Origin: Chlamydiia bacterium
GTDB taxonomy: Bacteria; Chlamydiota; Chlamydiia; Chlamydiales; RGXB01
Reading direction: 5' to 3'
Length of the DNA: 64,000 nucleotides
NCBI GenBank assembly: GCA_040382515.1
Contig: JBEIFH010000001.1
Coordinates: forward strand, 102,810-166,809
The notes below the pieces were generated by a model. It had not been told where the DNA came from, ran no database searches, and saw only the letters and a program-made list of their open reading frames with translations. This document shows, one piece after another, positions 28,327 through 38,591 of this stretch. Within the stretch, counting starts at the first letter, position 1. Each line of letters begins with the position of its first letter. The position numbers and the translations under genes were made by a program.

Positions 28327-29510
28327 GAAGCCTCCATAAACGATCTGATATCTGTCATTGGTAAAAGGGTGCCTATCATAATCAATCCGACAATTAAACC
28401 GATAAAAATGATTAAAAATGGCTGCAGGACACCCACTAATTTTTTTAAATCCGTTTCGACATTCTGTTCGTAGAGCTCTCCGGCCTGCTCCAGTACAGTT
28501 TTAAGTTCTCCGCTTTTTTCTGCCGTCTCCAACATCCTGCAAAAAAGGGGGGAGATCATGGGCGAACCTTGGAACGCCTTGGAAATAGAACTCCCCTGGT
28601 GTATAAGGGTCAACGCTCTCTCTATTGTCTCTAGAAAAAAGGGGTTTTGCATCACGCTTTTACAGAGTTCCAAACTTTCGACCAGCGGCACATTTGCGGC
28701 GGTGAGCGCGTAGAGCGTACGGCAAAAACGGGCCAACAAAAGCTCTTTTAAAAAGGGGGCCAAAACCGGAATTTTAAAAAGGATCTCCCCGAAGTAGACT
28801 GCTATTTTTTTTTGCTTGAATAACTGGCGTAATCCAAAAATTCCTAAAATAAAGGCCGAGATTAAAAAAACACCATATTCTAGAAAAATATCCGATGCGC
28901 GCAAAATAGCTCTCGTAATGAGCGGAATATTCTTTTCCGAAAAAAGCTCTTTTAGGTTTGGGACTAAAAAACAGAGAAGGACGATGAGTATAATCAGTGC
29001 CAAACCAAGCAAAAAAACAGGGTAGCTTATCGCTGCTATAACCTGTTTTTTCAAGGCCTGTTTTTTTTTGAGCATTTCAAGAATCTCTTTGACTGCCCCG
29101 ACAATTTGTCCCGAAGTTTCAGCAGTACGCACGATTCCTATAGTCGCGCTGTCAAACGTCCCTGTAGATTGCTCTAAAGCGAAAGAGAAGCTTTTCCCTT
29201 TCTCCAAAGCTTCTCTGATACTTAAAAAAAGGAGCTGATTTTTAGCCCCCTCCATTTTATTTAAAATGAGATCTATAGCCTCATACAACACAATACCGGC
29301 GCGCATCAGCTGATACAGATCCTGAAAAAAATGGATCTTTTCCTCTAACGTCAAAATGCCCAAGCTCGAATTTTTCTTAGCACATATTTCCGTGTAGAAA
29401 ATCTCTTCTCTTTGCAACGCCTCTTTGGCGTTGTCCAAGGTTTCGGCCCAGATCTTTTTTTTGAAAGTTTGCCCCCTCTCATTTACCCCGGTATATTCAA
29501 AAACGGCCAT
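28323..29510 (-). CDS. gspF: Type II secretion inner-membrane platform GspF
   Basis: Duplicated GspF repeats (AETSGQ, AEKSGEL), AISYPVFL, LQPFLIIFIG. Confidence 0.93.
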   Translation of the reverse strand: MAVFEYTGVNERGQTFKKKIWAETLDNAKEALQREEIFYTEICAKKNSSLGILTLEEKIHFFQDLYQLMRAGIVLYEAIDLILNKMEGAKNQLLFLSIREALEKGKSFSFALEQSTGTFDSATIGIVRTAETSGQIVGAVKEILEMLKKKQALKKQVIAAISYPVFLLGLALIILIVLLCFLVPNLKELFSEKNIPLITRAILRASDIFLEYGVFLISAFILGIFGLRQLFKQKKIAVYFGEILFKIPVLAPFLKELLLARFCRTLYALTAANVPLVESLELCKSVMQNPFFLETIERALTLIHQGSSISKAFQGSPMISPLFCRMLETAEKSGELKTVLEQAGELYEQNVETDLKKLVGVLQPFLIIFIGLIVGLIMIGTLLPMTDIRSFMEAS

Positions 29511-31045
29511 TATACAGCCCCCTTTCCGGTGACCCTTACAATTTCCTCACTAGTTGTGACCCCTTCGAGTGCCAAGCTCACCCCTTGCTCGCGCAATGTT
29601 TTAAAACCGTTCATTTGCGCAAAGGCGGCCCTTTTCACCGGATCTTGCTCTTCATGGTACAAAGAACGCATTGAGGGTGTCATCACAAGAAGTTCATAGA
29701 TCCCAATCCTCCCCTTATACCCTAGACCAAAACAGTCGGGGCACCCCTTTCCCTTGTAAAGGTAGGGTCTCTTCTCCTGAAATCCCATATCCTGGCATTC
29801 CTCAGGGGACGGGAGATATTTTTCTTTGCATTGGGAACAAATCACACGGACCAAACGCTGCGCTAAAACACCAATCAATGAGGAGGAGATGAGAAATGGC
29901 TCTATCCCCATATCCATCAGTCTTGCAGGAGCGCTCAACGCATCATTAGTGTGCAAGGTTGATAGGACCAAGTGACCGGTCAAAGAGGCCTGGATAGCAA
30001 TCTCCGCCGTTTCTTTATCCCGTATCTCACCTACCATGATGACATCCGGGTCCTGCCTCAATATGTGGCGCAGCCCTGCGCTGAAAGTGAGTTCTATTTT
30101 CGGGTTGACCCCTATTTGGGCCATATGTGCAAGCTTGTACTCAACGGGGTCCTCAATCGTCATGATATTTACGGAGGTTGAGTTGAGCTCTTTTAAGGCG
30201 CTATAGAGAGTTGTGGTTTTTCCGCTTCCGGTGGGACCCGTAACCAAAAGAATCCCCTGTGTTTTCGTGAGAAGATTTCTTAAGGTGAAAAGCAGATCTT
30301 GTGGCAGACCTATCGCATCCAGTCCCAGGTAGATGTTTTTTTTATCTAGAATTCTTAAGACGACACGCTCTCCAAAAACAACCGGGACTGTTGAAACGCG
30401 AAAGTCAATTTCCCTCTCCCCGACAGAAAGCTTCATCCGCCCATCCTGCGGAAGCCTGGTCTCGGCAATATCAAGCTTGGCTAAAACCTTCAACCTAGTG
30501 ACCAGCTCATTTTGTTGGGTTTTATCCACTCTATTTTTTGGATGCAGAACCCCATCGACTCTGTAGCGGACCTGCAAAGAATTCTCTTGAGGCTCAAAAT
30601 GGATGTCCGAGGCTTTTTGGGTGATCGCCTCCAATAAAATGCGATCGCAAAGGCGTATGACCCCGCCTTCCGGACGATCCTCTAAAAGATCGTAATTTTC
30701 GCCCAAAGATTTTTGTACATGCTGCTGTTTGGTTTCTAGATTCAGCATATTGTCTTTGCGATAGCAGATCTCGATAGCTTGCTCGATCTCATCCAAAGAC
30801 TTCACAACACTTTCTACCCTTTTTTTGGTTTTGAAACCAATATCTTCCAGCGCTTCAAAACAATAAGGATCAGAGACAGCTACCGAGATGCAAGTATCCT
30901 CAACAATAAAAGGGATCAGTCGGTGCTTTTTGGCAAAGGCATACGGTACTATTTGCACCCCATCCTGCAAAATTTTACTAGAAAGCCAGTGATCCGACTC
31001 TACAAATGCAGCTTCAGTAGGAGCAGGAGGGATCGTTATAGTCAT
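29510..31045 (-). CDS. gspE: Type II secretion ATPase GspE
   Basis: ASDIHFEP, RLPQDGR, GPTGSGKTT, TIEDPVEY, LRQDPDVIMVGEIRD, two CxxC. Confidence 0.96.
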   Translation of the reverse strand: MTITIPPAPTEAAFVESDHWLSSKILQDGVQIVPYAFAKKHRLIPFIVEDTCISVAVSDPYCFEALEDIGFKTKKRVESVVKSLDEIEQAIEICYRKDNMLNLETKQQHVQKSLGENYDLLEDRPEGGVIRLCDRILLEAITQKASDIHFEPQENSLQVRYRVDGVLHPKNRVDKTQQNELVTRLKVLAKLDIAETRLPQDGRMKLSVGEREIDFRVSTVPVVFGERVVLRILDKKNIYLGLDAIGLPQDLLFTLRNLLTKTQGILLVTGPTGSGKTTTLYSALKELNSTSVNIMTIEDPVEYKLAHMAQIGVNPKIELTFSAGLRHILRQDPDVIMVGEIRDKETAEIAIQASLTGHLVLSTLHTNDALSAPARLMDMGIEPFLISSSLIGVLAQRLVRVICSQCKEKYLPSPEECQDMGFQEKRPYLYKGKGCPDCFGLGYKGRIGIYELLVMTPSMRSLYHEEQDPVKRAAFAQMNGFKTLREQGVSLALEGVTTSEEIVRVTGKGAV

Positions 31046-33353
31046 GCACGTTTCCTGTCAAAAGCTTCATGCTTTGTTGAAATAGCTTTCTCTTTTGTTT
31101 TTTCATCGCCTCTTTGCGGCATTCAAGAAAGGGGGGGAGATCTCCCGGCCTGCGACACAACTCCTCCTGACGAATCGCTTCTAAGTCGGCCAAAGTGCTC
31201 TTGATCACCCTGGGGGTGATAAATATGTACATATCCGTGAGCTGATCGGTCATCTGGGATGCGCCGAATACCTTTGCTAGTCCGGGTATCTCGCCCAAAA
31301 AGGGGAGCTTTTCGGATCTATCGCTCGAGTCTTTGCGTTTCAGCCCTCCCATAATGATCGTCTCTCCATCTAAAACCCGCACTTGGTTAATCACATGCCG
31401 CCGATTGACATCCGGTTTGTAAGCTATATCGCTTTTGATCGTATCAAAAGTGACGTCCGCATCGATTGTGATATAATTTCGGTTCAAATCATCATCCGGC
31501 TCCGGGTCATGCACAGTTGGAGTCATTACCAGTGTCACCCCGTACTGGGCACGGGAAAAAGAGTCTTGGTAGGAGATCGACCCTCCCGTATTATTCACCG
31601 CTGCAGCTCCGTTATTGATCGAAATCTCCTCAACAATTGCAATCGTTGCAGGGGTCTGGTTGATTGTGGTCACAGTAGGGGAAGAATGGATCCTGATATC
31701 TTCTTGGTTCATCAAGAAATTATACGTCAAATCAAAAGCGGGAAACGCCTTAGAGCTGGGCCGGCTAAAAAAGAATTCTAAAATCCCTCTGTTCGGCTGG
31801 GTCGGTTGGTTCAAAAAGTCCAACCCGCCCGCCACCTGGCTGAGCGCATTTGTCCCAATTCGTAACAGATTCAACCCCGAATTGGTTTGCATATTCGTCC
31901 GCTTCTCACAAAGAATCACCTCAAAATGCACCATCTTTTTAGGCACATCGAGCATCTTTAAAAGATCTTTGATCCGATCTAACGTATCTTTACGGACCAC
32001 CATCATGATCCCCCCCGCTTTGCCGTAGGGGATAAAATTTTTCAGCTTCACCGTTTTTTGCGGACCTGCAGGCTCGGGCGTCTGCACTTTAGGAGGGTTG
32101 ACCAATCCCCGGATAGCCGGGTCTATAGTATTATAGGGAGGGGGTGCCGGCTCGCTCAACAGAACCTCTTTTGACGCCTGCTGCTCTTTAGTCTCTTTTT
32201 TGTCCGCTGACTCGAGTCCAAACTTCATCAATGAGGCGTAAACCTGCTCTAAAATTTCGGAAATGTCATTGGGATCGCTATGTCGGCAAATATACCAAAA
32301 TACGGTCATTTCCGACGGATCGATGAGCTGATCTTCGGTCTCTTTGACGATCTCCATCGCCCGCTCGACAAGTTTTTTGGGTCCTACCAAAACGATCCCC
32401 GACTCTTGAACAAGGGGCAACACAGAGAGCTCGGAGGGATTCTTACCCATAATGTTCATGTTTTCCGCTAAACCCCCGAAGAAGGATTTCAGAATATTTT
32501 TCATCTCATCGGGTGAAAGTTTTTGCAAAGACATGACCCTTGTGATCCGCTCGGCATCCTCGTCAAAAGCGCCGTCGTACATCTCCACTAGTCGGACAAT
32601 ATCCTCTTTTGTACCGACCAAGGCAATTTTTGCGCCGATTTGGTAGACAAATGTCCTTTTTGTATCTCTAAACCGATCAAAAAAGAAAAAAGTATTTTTC
32701 ACATTTTCCACAGGCGCTTCAAAAAGATGCATCACTCTTGCAGAGGGGGGGACCAGCGCAAGTTGCTCTTTTTTATAAGTGATCCGATTACAGGTGATCA
32801 AATCTTGTTTAAGCAAAAAAAGTTGTCTTGCGAACGGGTTGAGCTGAATCACCCCGACTCCGTTATATTGCAAAATCAGATCGATCATCTCCTGCCACGA
32901 CTCACGAGGAATTGCGATGGCAGATTGCATAGAGATCTTGATTGAAGAGACCTCTTGAGGCAAAACATAAAGATAGTCTTTTGATCCATATTCGCTAATG
33001 AGCTGGCCGATGGTTGTCTCCTCTTGGTCAAAAAGGGCGAACTCCTCTTTTTTCGGCGCTAATTTGTAAGAAAACCGGACCTTCCAGTCGTTTTCAAACT
33101 TTTCGAGTTGCGACTTCTTTTCGTTGATCCTCATTAAAAGCTCTTGAAATTCCTCCGGGCGGGCATTTTCTTGAGCTAATGATTCTCCCTGCTTGTAAAG
33201 CTGGTCGATCTCGTCTCTAAGCCCTGCAAGATCCCCTTGAGTTTGGAGCACAGCAAGCTTTTTTTCGTCCAAAAAAATAGATTTGTCTGTAGCGGCTATC
33301 GAAAAAAAACCGAAACTCATCAAAAGTGATCGCAACAGTAGATGCTTCATCAA
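31014..33353 (-). CDS. gspD: Type II secretion secretin GspD
   Basis: Signal peptide; secretin C-domain (LDVPKKMV, GVTLVMTPTV, DGETIIMGGL, LPFLGEIPG, YIFITPRVI). Confidence 0.92.
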   Translation of the reverse strand: MMKHLLLRSLLMSFGFFSIAATDKSIFLDEKKLAVLQTQGDLAGLRDEIDQLYKQGESLAQENARPEEFQELLMRINEKKSQLEKFENDWKVRFSYKLAPKKEEFALFDQEETTIGQLISEYGSKDYLYVLPQEVSSIKISMQSAIAIPRESWQEMIDLILQYNGVGVIQLNPFARQLFLLKQDLITCNRITYKKEQLALVPPSARVMHLFEAPVENVKNTFFFFDRFRDTKRTFVYQIGAKIALVGTKEDIVRLVEMYDGAFDEDAERITRVMSLQKLSPDEMKNILKSFFGGLAENMNIMGKNPSELSVLPLVQESGIVLVGPKKLVERAMEIVKETEDQLIDPSEMTVFWYICRHSDPNDISEILEQVYASLMKFGLESADKKETKEQQASKEVLLSEPAPPPYNTIDPAIRGLVNPPKVQTPEPAGPQKTVKLKNFIPYGKAGGIMMVVRKDTLDRIKDLLKMLDVPKKMVHFEVILCEKRTNMQTNSGLNLLRIGTNALSQVAGGLDFLNQPTQPNRGILEFFFSRPSSKAFPAFDLTYNFLMNQEDIRIHSSPTVTTINQTPATIAIVEEISINNGAAAVNNTGGSISYQDSFSRAQYGVTLVMTPTVHDPEPDDDLNRNYITIDADVTFDTIKSDIAYKPDVNRRHVINQVRVLDGETIIMGGLKRKDSSDRSEKLPFLGEIPGLAKVFGASQMTDQLTDMYIFITPRVIKSTLADLEAIRQEELCRRPGDLPPFLECRKEAMKKQKRKLFQQSMKLLTGNVHDYNDPSCSY

Positions 33354-34642
33354 AAATCCTCAAAATCGTCGCCGAAATCATCCAGCATAGGGTCAATTGC
33401 CGGCGGGTAATGGCGCAAAGCTTCCTTAGACTCCCCTTTTTTTTCCGATGAAGGGCCGGATTTGGAGGGCGTTGTTGCAAGCGGCGTCAATTTGGTATCT
33501 AATGTAACTCTTACGGTCTCTTTTTGTACATGAAGTCCATCAAAAACCTCAAATTGAACCACCCATTTACCCCCCTCCCTTTTCATTTCCGAAAAATAGA
33601 GCAATGGAGTTTTGTATCTCCCTTCCATCAATTGTTTCAATATTTTCTTAGGAGGCCTTGTCCAAAATCCTTTCTCCTCATACAGCCAATCACCTACATA
33701 AAGGGCCATCTTTTGCTGTTTTTTTACCCATATTGCTTGAAAGCCAAATGGTTTAGCCCCTTCAAGAAAACCCTGAATTTTAGGACCATATTTTTCCGGT
33801 TTTTCTAAAGGGAGTCGGACTGTTTCTGTTAAAAACCCGGTAGTGTCCCAAACTTTCATTTCGATAAATGAGTCCTCAACTTTTTGTATTTGGCACACCG
33901 GTAGATCATGATAGGACTCTTTTGGGCTACCAAAAAGGAGCTTCCCCTCCTTTAAGTACATCAGATCCTGGGTTGTTATAAGGTACATCCTCTTTTGAAC
34001 CGGATCGAAGAACCGGATAGGCTTTGGCTCTTCTAAGTCGTTCAAAAATAGCTGCAGAGAGTCTTTACCCAAGAATTTCAATCTTTGCAGCTCTTCTTTT
34101 TGCAAACGCAAAACACCAGTATCATAAACCCCCTTTTTCAAGGGGGTTGCGAACGAAACCAGGTTATTCTCTCCACCGATCAAGCTTACTTGCAGATTTT
34201 CTTTCTCATAGACTATAGAGTATACCCCACTTTCCCTATCGCAAAAATCGAGGCATCCCTTTTCTTTATATCCAATATAAAACGGTACCCCGGCCCTTTG
34301 CACTACCCCTGTTTTTTGGTGCTTTAATCCTAAAAGGAGCTCTTGTTGCGTCGCATCGGGTCGGGTATTGAACCCATAAAAAAACAATTCCTGCGAAAAA
34401 TCGGGGATGAGAGCCTCGAGAGGCGCGTACTTGGTAGAGAGCTTATTCGATTCAAGATCGGGAAAACGGAACGTTTTTTTAAGTTGCAAGAAGTTAGAAT
34501 CGATTTCGACAGCCTCAGTCCCCCTATTTTTAACCGCAAGCCAGTAGAAAAAGGGGAGGATTGGAACTAAAAGGGCGATGATGCCGGCTACGTGAGACAC
34601 CCTTTGGGTCGTTTTATAAAGAGGGATGAAGAAGGTCCACAT
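33350..34642 (-). CDS. Hypothetical bitopic membrane protein, first gene of the T2SS operon
   Basis: Single N-terminal TM; 4-nt overlap with gspD. Confidence 0.7.
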   Translation of the reverse strand: MWTFFIPLYKTTQRVSHVAGIIALLVPILPFFYWLAVKNRGTEAVEIDSNFLQLKKTFRFPDLESNKLSTKYAPLEALIPDFSQELFFYGFNTRPDATQQELLLGLKHQKTGVVQRAGVPFYIGYKEKGCLDFCDRESGVYSIVYEKENLQVSLIGGENNLVSFATPLKKGVYDTGVLRLQKEELQRLKFLGKDSLQLFLNDLEEPKPIRFFDPVQKRMYLITTQDLMYLKEGKLLFGSPKESYHDLPVCQIQKVEDSFIEMKVWDTTGFLTETVRLPLEKPEKYGPKIQGFLEGAKPFGFQAIWVKKQQKMALYVGDWLYEEKGFWTRPPKKILKQLMEGRYKTPLLYFSEMKREGGKWVVQFEVFDGLHVQKETVRVTLDTKLTPLATTPSKSGPSSEKKGESKEALRHYPPAIDPMLDDFGDDFEDF

Positions 34643-34735
34643 GCATTAAGTATAGATAAATTAGGGTTTAACATCCAATGATTGAAAAATAATCGGAAAT
34701 GCTTATGTTTAGGAATAAACAAGGAAATTATATTT

Positions 34736-35122
34736 ATGGCCAATAACGACCCAAATAAACAAAAAAAAGAGGGTGTCTCCGTCGAAGAGATGCAGTCCTT
34801 TTTTAAAAACTATGGTCCTGAAATCAGCTTATCCCTAATTTTCATCTTTTCCGCTATCAGCGCCCGTTACCTTTTTGGTATGGAAAACTGGTGCCTGCTC
34901 CTCTTAGGACTCGGGGGAATTATCGGGACATTGCTTCCAAATCCTATCCGCCAAGGGATCGGATCTGTGATGCGATTCAGCGCCGGTTCGGGGAACAAAT
35001 ACAGCCAATTAATTATTGCTGTCGCTGCAATTATCATCTCGATTATTGCCTCTCCGTTAGCGTTTCTGATCTTCGGTCTCGTTGCAGGGGAAGCTCTTGT
35101 AATGGCAAGAAAAGGTCATTGA
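34736..35122 (+). CDS. Hypothetical membrane protein
   Basis: ATG after AAGGA; three to four hydrophobic segments; followed by a hairpin. Confidence 0.75.
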   Translation: MANNDPNKQKKEGVSVEEMQSFFKNYGPEISLSLIFIFSAISARYLFGMENWCLLLLGLGGIIGTLLPNPIRQGIGSVMRFSAGSGNKYSQLIIAVAAIIISIIASPLAFLIFGLVAGEALVMARKGH

Positions 35123-35129
35123 TACCATC

Positions 35130-35171
35130 TAAATGCGATCTCTTTTGGCCCTTCAAGAGAGATCGCATTTA
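35130..35171. terminator. Hairpin between convergent genes
   Basis: TAAATGCGATCTCT...AGAGATCGCATTTA, 14-bp perfect stem. Confidence 0.7.
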
Positions 35172-35182
35172 TGCTCTATCTT

Positions 35183-35773
35183 TTAGCTATATAGGGTATC
35201 CACCGAAATCGACCCTATTTTAAAAACGCTTAAGATCTCTTGCGTTTCTAAAGGGTGCTGTTCTTTCAGCTCTTGGAGCCTACTAAGAGTTTTTCGATGG
35301 TCGTCGATATCGAGAAGAGATTCCAGCGCTAGAATTCGCAATAGATTCAGGCATTTAAGAGGAATTGTAGTCAAAAGCTCTTGATTTTTCAAAGATTGCT
35401 CGAGCGCCTCTTTATACTTTTTTTGCGCTATCAAACGCGTGGACTGGGAAAATGGGGTAGAGGCCCTTTTTGTCACCTGCTCCACGACCGAAGCGTCGTC
35501 TAAAAAATAACGGGCAGCTTCGCGCATGAGGTCTTGGTTCTTGCCTAAAAACCGGATCGCCTTGTTTTTTTCTTCCTTAGAAGCAGAACCGTTCTCTTCC
35601 ATATGCATCATGAGAGTATAGGCCTCAATCGCCAAAGTCCCGTCTTTATTGCTCAAGGTTGCAACAACCCCAAGAACACCTGCGATAACAAAAGCAGCTA
35701 GGCCAAAAAGCAAATACTGTCCCGCCCCATTCTTTTTGGGTGAGCCGGCGTCTGTATGTAAAACTTCGATCAT
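35183..35773 (-). CDS. Hypothetical protein with an N-terminal TM and helical C-terminus
   Basis: 196-aa ORF with one hydrophobic segment, ending at the hairpin. Confidence 0.7.
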   Translation of the reverse strand: MIEVLHTDAGSPKKNGAGQYLLFGLAAFVIAGVLGVVATLSNKDGTLAIEAYTLMMHMEENGSASKEEKNKAIRFLGKNQDLMREAARYFLDDASVVEQVTKRASTPFSQSTRLIAQKKYKEALEQSLKNQELLTTIPLKCLNLLRILALESLLDIDDHRKTLSRLQELKEQHPLETQEILSVFKIGSISVDTLYS

Positions 35774-36014
35774 GAAAAATGGATCCCATTTTGAAGGATA
35801 TGTTCAAAAAAAGCTTCTAGTTGGGCCCATTTTTTTCTGGGCCTATCAAAGATATAGATGAAAAACAATCTACCCTATGTCAGGGCTCGATTTCAAGAAA
35901 AAATCCACAAGCCGATCTCTCTTTCAAACTCTTTACAATTTATCTCTAAGAGGGTTGAAAATTATTTTTTAATCTTTAAGATAGAAAAAATCCCAAAATA
36001 ATTGTAGGACTTTT

Positions 36015-36521
36015 ATGAATTTATCCTTGATTCGAGCTGCAATCATAGCCGGTATCGCAGTTTTTTTTGCCAACCACTTTTTTTTGCAAGCAACACCATT
36101 TAGAGCTTCTATGGATTTTAAAAGCGAATGTGCCGTAAGAAAGTGTATCAATGAGAACACTACTGAAAGCGGCGTATATTCTATCAGACCTGATGGGACA
36201 GAGGCCATGCCAGTCCAGGTTGTTGCCATAGTGGATAAAACCGCATTTGACAATAAGTGGCTTATCCGCACCATTTCACTTTTGGAGAAAATCTTAGTTG
36301 CAGGTTTGATTGGCGGTATCATGCTGGTTTTGAAAGCTTCCAATATACCGGGGCGTATTGAGACTATCCTGATGATCAGTTTGATCATTACAGTCGGAGG
36401 TTTTGGATCGACTTTGCTTTGGTGCTCGTTTCCATTCGGAATTGGGGCCTTTGTCCTATTTACCACATTTTTAAGTTGGACGATAGGTGGCTTAATTGTT
36501 GCCAGAATGTTGAAAATTTAA
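36015..36521 (+). CDS. Hypothetical four-TM membrane protein
   Basis: AGGA SD; hydrophobic segments with an ESGVY loop; TTGAAA-16-TAAGAT upstream. Confidence 0.7.
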   Translation: MNLSLIRAAIIAGIAVFFANHFFLQATPFRASMDFKSECAVRKCINENTTESGVYSIRPDGTEAMPVQVVAIVDKTAFDNKWLIRTISLLEKILVAGLIGGIMLVLKASNIPGRIETILMISLIITVGGFGSTLLWCSFPFGIGAFVLFTTFLSWTIGGLIVARMLKI

Positions 36522-36531
36522 CAGATTTTTT

Positions 36532-36577
36532 AAAGAGACTTTTTTCAAAACCTCGTTTTTTTGATAAAAGTCTCTTT
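36532..36577. terminator. Hairpin between convergent genes
   Basis: AAAGAGACTTTT...AAAAGTCTCTTT outer stem with inner TCAAAA/TTTTGA pairing. Confidence 0.65.
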
Positions 36578-36579
36578 TC

Positions 36580-37599
36580 TCATATCCCCCTAGAAAAACC
36601 GACCTCTGTTTCGGCGGTTTTTTCCCTTTCGAAATAGGTTACGAGCTGATGTAAAATCCTTTTATGTCCCGATGTAAAGGGTCTTTTAAGGCACTCATCC
36701 AGGGTCAAAAACTCCAAACCTTCTAAAGGGGCATCCACAACCTCCAATCGAGGTATCATCTTGAACCGATAGCAAGTAGCGGTAGCGATGACTTTTTTAA
36801 AATCGGTTTTTTGGCAAAGCTCGTCGAAATTTTTTTTGGTCGTTTTCTTTTCATGAAAAAGGAAAAGATCGGCAAAAAGTTCCCCCTTTTTTCTTTGTTG
36901 CACCCCAAACAGATTTTTAAACTGGTAAATAATCGTTTCTAAAAACAGCTCTTCGCTTTTTTTTCTTTTTTTTGGCAAAGGGAACTGTGAAATACTCCCC
37001 TCGTTAAACGCTTTGCAGCCACCGGCTAAAGGGCAATTGCTACAAGTGGGCTTTTTTGTGCAGATCCTTGCCCCTAGCTCAATCAATCCCTCGGCTATTT
37101 CCTGGGGTTTTGATTTCGAAAGTTGCTCCTCTGCCAGATTTTTAACCTCTTTGGTACACTTAAGTGCAAAATAGCGGGTCAATACCCTCTCCACATTTGC
37201 ATCCATTGCAATTACCTTTTTATGAAAGGCAAAACTTTCGATCGCATTTGCCGTATAGGGGCCAATCCCTCTGATTGCCAAAAGCTCGGAGTATGTTTGT
37301 GGAAATCCGTTTGAGAGTGCCTCTGCAGCCTTGTGTAGATTTCTAGCCCTGGAATAATACCCAAGCCCTTCCCATGCTTTTAACACTTTTTCTAGGGGGG
37401 CCTCTTTCAAAGCCTGCACTGTTGGAAAGAGGCGCATCCACCTTTCAAAATAGGGGATAACAACATCAGCTCTGGTTTGTTGCAGCATCACCTCGGAAAT
37501 TAAAACCCGATAGGGATCCACCTCTTTTCTCCATGGAAAATCTCTTTTTGTGTTTAGAAACCAATTTCTTAAAGATTCTTGATCTGTTTTAAAAGACAT
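36580..37599 (-). CDS. mutY: A/G-specific adenine glycosylase MutY
   Basis: RDFPWR, ISEVMLQQT, WEGLGYYSRARNL, GIGPYTA, ICTKKPTCSNCPLAGGC. Confidence 0.96.
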   Translation of the reverse strand: MSFKTDQESLRNWFLNTKRDFPWRKEVDPYRVLISEVMLQQTRADVVIPYFERWMRLFPTVQALKEAPLEKVLKAWEGLGYYSRARNLHKAAEALSNGFPQTYSELLAIRGIGPYTANAIESFAFHKKVIAMDANVERVLTRYFALKCTKEVKNLAEEQLSKSKPQEIAEGLIELGARICTKKPTCSNCPLAGGCKAFNEGSISQFPLPKKRKKSEELFLETIIYQFKNLFGVQQRKKGELFADLFLFHEKKTTKKNFDELCQKTDFKKVIATATCYRFKMIPRLEVVDAPLEGLEFLTLDECLKRPFTSGHKRILHQLVTYFEREKTAETEVGFSRGI

Positions 37600-37613
37600 G
37601 ATAAGTAGGGGCT

Positions 37614-38591
37614 ATGGGAGCAATGGGTTTAATTTACGGGAGTCGTTTCGAAGATATCGATCATTTAGCACCTTTGATCGAAATCCTGAAACTGACCCTT
37701 TTCGTTACGGACGAAAAAATCGAGAAAATCATAAAGGACTTCTATCCCGCTGTCAATGTCCGCTTATGTTCCCCAAACGATTTAGGAAAAGCCCTTTTAA
37801 AAGAGGGCAATACGCTAATATCTTGTATTCCGACACCAAAAATCAGGCGTTTGTTTGGGCTTGAGGAGATGCTGCAAAAAAGGGAGCTCCACACCGTTTT
37901 TCTCCCCCACGGGTACTCTCAGGCCGATATGACCAAGGGTCTTCTAGCAGAAAAACACATCTTGGTTTTAGGAAGAAAAATGGTCGACCAACTCTATTCT
38001 CTCACAACAAACTACAACTTCAAAACTTTAGTGAGTGTTGGCAACTACCGCTTTCTCTATTTCAAACAGAATCTCTCTTTTTTGGAGAAAAATCTGGAAT
38101 CCCCTTTTTTAGGGGCAAAAGAACACAGGGCACTTTTTTTCCCTACAGATCTTGAAACACCGGAGCATATCGATTTCTTGCGCGCACATCTCAAAAAAAA
38201 CTGGAAGCTCTTTGTCAAGTATCATGCTAAAAACATGAACGACCCTGTGGATCTAAAAATCCATAAAGATGAAAAACTAGATGCCCCTTACATCTATCCC
38301 TATCTTGAAAAAGGGGCCCTTTTTGTCGTAGAAGATTCCAGTGTCGTTTACGACGCCCTATTTTTTAATACTCCGACCTTCTTTTTTAAAGATCATCCCG
38401 AACTGGACACACTTGGGATACGGTTTGAACAAAATCTTGATGAGAGTTTGAAAAAAGTGGCTAGACTTCAAGAAAAGAAAAAAGAGATCCTCCCCTATGC
38501 CTTCGATCTCTATACGTCACTTGAAGAGATTACAAATCGGGTGCATTATTTGCTAAAAGAGATTTCGGAAAGCGATGACAGCACCTACTAA
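37614..38591 (+). CDS. CDP-glycerol glycerophosphotransferase (TagB/TagF)-like protein, divergent copy
   Basis: DHLAPL, FLPHGYS, VGNYR, IYPYL, EDSSVVYDALFFNTP. Confidence 0.65.
   Translation: MGAMGLIYGSRFEDIDHLAPLIEILKLTLFVTDEKIEKIIKDFYPAVNVRLCSPNDLGKALLKEGNTLISCIPTPKIRRLFGLEEMLQKRELHTVFLPHGYSQADMTKGLLAEKHILVLGRKMVDQLYSLTTNYNFKTLVSVGNYRFLYFKQNLSFLEKNLESPFLGAKEHRALFFPTDLETPEHIDFLRAHLKKNWKLFVKYHAKNMNDPVDLKIHKDEKLDAPYIYPYLEKGALFVVEDSSVVYDALFFNTPTFFFKDHPELDTLGIRFEQNLDESLKKVARLQEKKKEILPYAFDLYTSLEEITNRVHYLLKEISESDDSTY

Noticed and set aside
31383..32028. Long plus-strand ORFs (132 and 137 aa) inside gspD
   Set aside because: Antisense shadows of a conserved gene
35969..36466. 165-aa minus-strand ORF
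   Set aside because: Mirror of 36015-36521, which has an SD, a promoter-like element, TM pattern and terminator
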